Both the position numbers and the translations under genes were made by a program. A stretch of 64,000 bases of DNA. It comes from the human T2T-CHM13v2.0 reference genome, Homo sapiens. Below are positions 57,076 through 64,000 of this stretch, one piece after another. A model generated the notes under the pieces. The model was not told the DNA's origin, searched no databases, and saw nothing but the letters and a program-made list of their open reading frames with translations. How positions within the stretch are numbered: position 1 is the stretch's first letter; each line of letters begins with the position of its first letter. Where the stretch lies: NCBI RefSeq assembly GCF_009914755.1, contig NC_060942.1. One strand, 5' to 3'.

Positions 57076-58994
57076 TACCCTTATCATTCTCTTCCATAGC
57101 ACCTTCTTCTTGACCTTCTTAGCGTTACCACAGTTTGTAATTAAACTGTGCATCTTTTTCACTAAGTTCCATGAGATTAACTACATGTGTCGGTTACCAC
57201 TATATACTACACAAATATTCAATAAAGCTGATAAATAAAAATAAGGGAAAAGCAGCTCAGCTATTAATAAAAGATAACCTGCTGGAGAGTGAATATAACA
57301 GAGTTTTCCGGGCACCACTCCTTTTTAGATTCTGGAATCCCTGAGAGTCACTCAAATTAAGATGCTCAGAAATCAACACAATGGCAGAACCAGACTCTGT
57401 ATTAAATGAAAAGTACCCACCTCTCTTCTCTCCATCCCTCGTTTCTGCTTCTAATCTGAAAGGACAAACTTCTACTGAGACAACAGAGTTTTCTGGCCCT
57501 ATAAGTTGTCACAGGCCTCCAGGCATCGTAAGAGACCATCGTGAGGAAGGGGATCCTAGTGCTCAGAACACTTCCATCTACTCTCTTTCCCTGTGCCTTG
57601 GGGCTCCTCCCTATGCCACCATCCTCATGAAAAAATGGAAAAAGTCACATTAACCACCACAGACTGGAGATCTAAAAACTTAGGGAGCTGCAAGGTCAAT
57701 CTTGCATTGAACTCCAAAGTGATATTCACTTTTACCCACGGCCAATTTGTCCCAGTGATGACTAATTCTCTGATGTTCCAGATATCCAGAGATCACACTG
57801 GGCAGGGGTCTGTTCTTGGCAGTCTGCATGCTGCTACTGACTCAAATCCTCCCTAAACCCCTCACCACGTGATAGAACAGGGTTTACTTGGCTTTATGTC
57901 CTGGGTCCATTTTGCTGGATATATTTTCTCCATTCTATCATCTCATCCTATTGCATTCATCTAAAGCTTATCACAAAGAGAAATTAATCTGCCATTTCTC
58001 CAATGTTATCAGGCCCCTGCAGTGAGTTCAGTATCATGTGGTCTGGGAGAAAGCCTCCTAAATCCTGGGAATTTCCCCCACCCCCGGCCCTGGGTTTCCT
58101 CTGCAGGGCTAAAGCCAGTAACGGCATCTGCATCAGAGTCGGCTTTTAGAATGCCAGTGCACACGCTTCCCCTGACTCTACCACCCTCTCCCCGTGCTCC
58201 TTCTCTCCTTTCACAGTTACCTGTGGGTGTCTTCATCTGCCCACTCACAGCCCATTAGAAGGGGAGCAACCAGAGTGCAGACTCTGTCTTGCTCATCTTT
58301 GTGTGAAAATGGTGTGTTTAGGGCAGTGCCTTCCAAAGCAGGTGCTTAGTAAATATATGTTTGGGTGAATTGGTGCCTTCTTTCCTCTACCTGTAGAATG
58401 GACACAATATTTGCTACCTTTTTCCTATGCTTGGAAATAAATGAAATTCTGATAATAACAGAGAAAGAGTCCAAAGTAGTAGATTTAAGTGTTCCTTAAA
58501 TCCCACCTTCTATTCCATTAAGTTTCTGCTTATAGAGAGGTTCTATAGACTGCTGAACAAATTAAATGCAGATACTAGATGTGATGGGGTTTAAATAATC
58601 TTACATCTGCAGGCAGGAGACGGAGGACAGATGACATGATGGACACCAGCCACATTTCCATCACTGCGCTCACCGTCCTCTCTTCCTGTCACCTCCCATG
58701 CTCCCCTATCCCCTCCATTAGCAGGCATCTTTCCCAGTTTTCTCCCCCTACCCCTACACTCCTTGCTTTCTTCCCTCCATCAGGCCATACTAAAGTGTTT
58801 TCAGACAAGATTGGACACATTCACAGTGGTATGGCCATTCAACTGTTTTCATACCGAAATGACCAACAAACCCGTTGGCCTCCTCCCTGCCCAGCATCTC
58901 TGTCTTTCCACCCCAAGGAGGTTGCATCACCACTCCCTGTCCAGCACTGGCCGTGGGCATTCCTGCTCCACTCCCCACTTCTGACACTCTTTAC

Positions 58995-59078
58995 CTTGCT
59001 GGCCTTCAGGATATTGATCTGCTCTTCATACACCGTGTCTCTGTTTTTCTCCAGAAAACCATCAGAGAGGTACTCCAC
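58995..59078 (-). CDS. MYO5B: MYO5B exon (~14), 84 nt, phase 0-0
   Basis: Acceptor ...ggccccag|GTG, donor AAG|gtaaag. Translates [28 protein letters not shown]. Confidence 0.96.
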
Positions 59079-59615
59079 CTGGGGCCACAGCAACCAGAGA
59101 GAGACACAGTCGTTAGTGCTTCAGCAGTTTCTCAACCACTTTCATCTCATCCAGGTAGCATTTTCTGAAAAGAGCTGTGAGTAGATAGGAAACCCACAGA
59201 TGTTTCCACTTAAAATGCAAACCCAATAAATGGTCAGGATTTACATACAGGGAACTGAGTATTCATTTTGTGGAAGAAATTGTTTTAAAGGGAGTTCCCA
59301 TAATAAAAGGTTTCTTCAGGGATCTATAAATGCAGCTTCTCAGCCACACCTCACACCCAATGAATCAATCTGTATTTTAACAAGACCCTAGGTGATTCAT
59401 ACACACACTGCAATTTAAGAAACACCGAGCTAGTGCATAGCAAACAGAAATCCACTTAGAAAAATTCTATGCACCCACCAGCTACTGAGAAAGCAGCCCC
59501 CTGAAGAGCAGCTACACAGGCTCCAGGTAAGAAGCCAAACCATTTGGTACTTTGTTTACAGCCCTCCCTTCTCTCTCAAGCTCCATGAGGGTAGACTGTT
59601 AACTGCTTTAGAATT

Positions 59616-59624
59616 TATATATAC

Positions 59625-59673
<49 letters not shown>

Positions 59674-59757
59674 CTATATATATACAGACATGTGTGTGTG
59701 TGTATGTGTGTGTGTATAGACTATATATATACACAGACATATATGTGTGTATGTATT

Positions 59758-59808
<51 letters not shown>

Positions 59809-59822
59809 TCATATATATATAT
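59616..59822. repeat. Compound (TA)n/(GT)n microsatellite with (GT)20 and (GT)22 blocks
   Basis: (GT)20 at 59631-59670 and (GT)22 at 59763-59806, with TA-rich spacers. Confidence 0.97.
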
Positions 59823-60002
59823 GAATGACTGGGCAACTATAGTACCCCCTGTGAAGTTATGCCTTGTGGTAAGCTTGGTATCCCCTAGAAGTAGAGGGGT
59901 GGGTAAAAGAGGATGGAAGGGGAACCTAGCTGAGGCTTCAGGCCATTTGAATTCAGAAGGGACAGATTTCTCTCTAGGTCTAGAGCCCATTGAGTCTACT
60001 TA

Positions 60003-60275
<273 letters not shown>

Positions 60276-61959
60276 TCAGCCCTCGAACCAGGACCTTAAC
60301 TGGACGGTGCAAAGAATGATTCAACCATACATGTTCAGGATCCGGCCACGGCGTGCCCTCATCCCATGTGGGCTGGCTCCCTTGGGACCTGTGGGAGCAG
60401 CTGAGCCTGCTGGTTGGCAGACACTGGAAGTGCTAGGGAGGATGAGGGTGAAAGCCAAGGTCACAGGAGCAGAGTCACAGCCTGCAGGACCACCTGAAGG
60501 TACTTCCCTGCAACTGGGGCTGTGACATCAGCATCACAAAACACATCCACCTGCAGTGCCAAGCTCACCCACTCACCCAGGTGAACTCCTGCCACAGGAA
60601 AGCCTACCTTCCCTCCCTAAACTCACCTAGATACCATTGTCCAGGTTTGGCTCAAGTCTGTCCTTTCCTGACCACTGTTGATCTCACTTCCCTCTTCTTT
60701 GGAATTCCTCACAATCAAGCTCTTACACATGCCCTAGAATATTGTGCACCCCTGAGTTTTGGGTTTCATCACTACAAACTGTAAGTTTGTTGTGATCAAG
60801 GACTGGCTGTGCCTTACGTTGCTTATGTGTCCCTGAAAGAACTTAGAACTGGGCTCTGGCCATGCAGTGAGAACTAAGTACCTAGTGAGTGTTCTACATG
60901 GTGCTAATCTCTGCATCTCTCACTGTCTAAAGTCAGACTTAGAGGCTCCACTGCATTAAGAATTCTGAAGGGCAGCCCCTTTCAATATCTTTATGGATGG
61001 CTTTAAAAGTAAAAAGCATCTTACTTCATTGAAAATGTAACAGAGTCACCGTAACCACCACTCAAATTGTCAAGGATGACAGCAACTCTTCCAATGGGAA
61101 GGTGCTCCCTCCTCTGTCATCCCTGGTCATCGCTGCACACACTTACTGACCAGTATCAGTCCAGTCCTCAGTGACGGGTCACTAACTGACCTGCCCTTCT
61201 TTGGTTTAGATTGCATATTTGGATCAGGAAGTGTTGATGGTGACCCTTGCACTAGCCGTTTACAAAGGGATTTTTATGGTAAACTAATAAAATCCGCACC
61301 ATAAAGAAAATGCTTACATACTTGGGAACCAATTTCTTAAATCCTTTGTAAGCAAACTGATTTTGCTCAAGATTCATTTTGGCATAACTAATATTGAATA
61401 CTCAATGCTAAACACCATAGGAAATTCAAGAAAAGAAAACTATCTTGAAGGAGGCTATTAATTGCACTGGGCAGACAATAAAATATATTTAATTCAGCAC
61501 TTTCCATATATACTGTTTTATATTTGTCTCCAAGCATTCTGTGTTTAGAACCACCGGGTGTGAAGGAAGGAGTGGTCTTCCCAGTATGGCTGTCAGGACC
61601 GGGTGGGACAGAGGACGAACACAAGAGGGACCTAGAAGGACTGGCAAAACTGGGGCAGACAGAACCATGGTGGGAAGCCCACATAGGCAAACACGTAAAA
61701 TTGGCTAGGAACAAAATCTTCTTGCCTTGGAGATGAAATTGGACTTCTGTGAGAAGACTTCGTAATCCTGCATATTCACTAATTCAGATTGGCATGAATT
61801 AATAAGCAGAGGAAACCAACAACCAAGGTCAAGTGTATACATAATTTTCTGACAAGGATCAGTCTCTCCTTTCACTGTCCACCCCACCTCCAACCAAAAA
61901 TAAGGGCCGGCAGGAATTAACAATGATCAAGAGTCTCAGATGATACTCATAGCTAGTGC

Positions 61960-62190
61960 TTATTGTTTGCCAGGCCATTTTCTACACATTTTAGATGTAT
62001 CAACTCATTTAACCCTCATACAATCATGTCAGCTAGGTGCTATGTTTGTAAACATTTTAGAGACAAGGAAATGGAGACAGAGAGGTTAAGTAACTTGCCA
62101 AGGTCACATAATGGGGAAGTATCAGGTTGGTGCAAAAGTAATTGTGGCTTTTGCCATTAAATAGCAGAGCTGGTGTTCCAAACAGGACAA
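61960..62190 (-). mobile_element. MIR SINE
   Basis: cattttagagacaaggaaatggagacagagaggttaagtaacttgccaaggtcaca. Confidence 0.8.
62122..62159. mobile_element. Half MADE1 (Hsmar1 MITE) inserted in MIR
   Basis: TA followed by tcaggttggtgcaaaagtaattgtggcttttgccatta, one arm of the MADE1 palindrome. Confidence 0.85.
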
Positions 62191-62579
62191 GTTAATTCTT
62201 CCTGCCTGACGACAGAGTTTTAAAGGCTGCCACAAAAGCAGAACAAGGTAGAAGGTGCTTATCTCCAAAAATCTTTCCATAGAAATAGATTTTAAACAGC
62301 CACAGGAGAAAGAAAAAAAATCTTATATTTTGATAACTTCTGGGTCATGGATATCGGTAGCTCCATAATATGCAGCTGAACTGAATCCTTTAAAAAGGAA
62401 ATGCACATACAGCTATATGAACTTCTTTCTGCTCTTCTCAAAGCAACGCAGAGAGACCACTGAGCCAGGAGCCGGGACCATAGCTCAGTCCTCGTCTAGG
62501 CAGGTTCTGTCCCTCAGAGGCCTAAATCCCTCTGACCTTGTGGTACTGGCCACTGATCACATCAAAAAGTAAAGGTCCC

Positions 62580-62835
62580 ATCTGTATTAAATGCCCAGAA
62601 TAGGCAAATCCATACAGAAAGAAAGTAGATTAGTGGTTGCCTGGGGCTGGAGGGGGGCAATGGAGAATAGCTGCTAAAGGGCTTTTTTATGGGGTGATGA
62701 AAATGTTCTAAAATTGACTGTGGTTGGTAATGGATGCACAACCTTGTGAACATACTAAAAACCACCAAATTGTATACTTTAAATGGGTGAATTGTATGGT
62801 ATGTCAATTATATCTCATTAAAGCTGTTAAAAATA
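62580..62835 (+). mobile_element. L1MB-like 3' end
   Basis: cccagaataggcaaatccatacagaaagaaagtagattagtggttgcc...attatatctcattaaagctgttaaaa. Confidence 0.8.
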
Positions 62836-63095
62836 CATTAGACCTGATTCCACTCCTTGCTAGTAAAATAAAGTAGCAAAAAAAAAAAAAAAAAAAAAAA
62901 GCAGGCATGGCAGTGGGGGAGTGCAAGTTCTGGGCTCCCTGAGCCCCTCTCAATGTTCCCTGTGGATCTCTAAACAGAAACTGTACACTCTCTATCACAG
63001 ATGTTGCCATCGCTGGCCTGGGACATCTTCTGAGGCCAAAGCCTGCCCCCAGCAAAGCTGCTGACAGGAGCTGACTTTTAAGGACCCCAAGGCCA

Positions 63096-63436
63096 ACCAG
63101 GCGCAATGGCTCACACCTGTAATCCCAGCACTTTGGGAGGCCGAGGTGGGAGGATGGCTTGAGCCCAAGAAGTTCAAGACCAGCCTGGGCAACAACACAG
63201 GGAGACCTCATCTCTACAAAAAACTTAAAAATTAGCCAGGCATGGTGGCACTTGCCTGTAGCCCCAGCTACTGGGGAGACTAAGGCAGGAGGATCGCTTG
63301 AGCCTGGTAGGTTGGGGCCGCAGTGACAGCTGTGATGACACCACTGTACTCCAGCCTGGGTGACAGAACAAGACACTGTCTCAAAACAAAACAAAACAAA
63401 ACAAAACAAAAAAAGCCAAAAAAAAAAAAAAAACCA
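63096..63436 (+). mobile_element. AluJ
   Basis: J-type dimer with a (CAAAA)n/A tail. TSD gaccccaaggcca at 63083-63095 and 63437-63449. Confidence 0.92.
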
Positions 63437-64000
63437 GACCCCAAGGCCAGTTATTCTATGTCTGCTTCTTTTCTCGTCCCTGTCTTCCTGGGCCACTGGC
63501 ACCAACCTTCCTGGTCACTCACTGTCTCCTTCCATTCCATACTTCAGGCCTTGTACCCCTGCTGACCTCTCAAATCACTGTACCATAAATACCTCTGGAT
63601 CCCCAGCCTCTTTAAGGAGTACCCTCTGGCCCCTCCCCTCTTTGCCATCACAGAAGCCCAGCTGGCCCCCCCCAGGACTCTGCAGTCCTCACTGCTCTCT
63701 AGAATGGAGGCAGCTCCTTCCTCCTCACCTGCCAGCCACCCCCAGTGCTGCTTCCAGGCCTTTATTTTTCACCTTTACAAAATACCCCTCTGCACGCTCA
63801 GCAAAACATTAATTCTAGATAAATCCAACTACCCATTCTCTCCTTACCCATACCTGGGTGGCTGGATGAGACCACACATCAACTCATCTTCCTTTAACCA
63901 AGCCCTGCCATTATACTTTTATACAAGTACTGCAGCCAAAAAATAAAACTGAATTTCACTCGGAGAATCACTTCTATGGATTAAGACACTGTTCCTAGAT

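Noticed and set aside
58636-59184. 182-aa + strand ORF antisense to exon 14, and similar shadow ORFs over exons 19-22
   Set aside because: No domain similarity; best explained as chance open frames opposite coding or stop-poor sequence.
62804-63505. 233-aa ORF, the longest in the track
   Set aside because: It is read through an antisense AluJ and its simple-repeat tail, giving a typical Alu-derived pseudo-peptide.

Overview
This is primate (most likely human) genomic DNA from the middle of the myosin Vb gene (MYO5B) on the minus strand. Ten GT-AG coding exons of 123, 84, 153, 98, 87, 112, 212, 157, 240 and 234 nt splice into one uninterrupted 1500-nt (500-codon) frame. By my recollection of the RefSeq numbering these are exons 13-22. 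They cover the distal motor domain (loop 2, SH2/SH1 helix, converter), six IQ motifs with 23-25-23-25-23 spacing, and the start of the coiled coil. The rest is intron filled with Alu, L1, L2, MIR, LTR and DNA-transposon relics. Almost every ORF in the supplied track is spurious or an L1/Alu remnant. I find no evidence for a new gene or multi-gene system. The observations most worth checking are small-scale: two tailless small-RNA retrocopies in one intron (5S rRNA nt 1-89 and U2 snRNA nt 1-35), an unexplained ~180-bp dispersed duplication (~80% identity), a doubly templated fold-back repair scar in an L1PA, a ~175-bp twin-primed L1, a tailless Alu fused into an L1PB, an LTR22 with a tRNA-Met PBS-like motif inside its TSD boundaries, a perfect 58-bp tandem duplication, and splice-relevant microsatellites. 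Repeat subfamily names come from remembered consensus sequences and need RepeatMasker confirmation.
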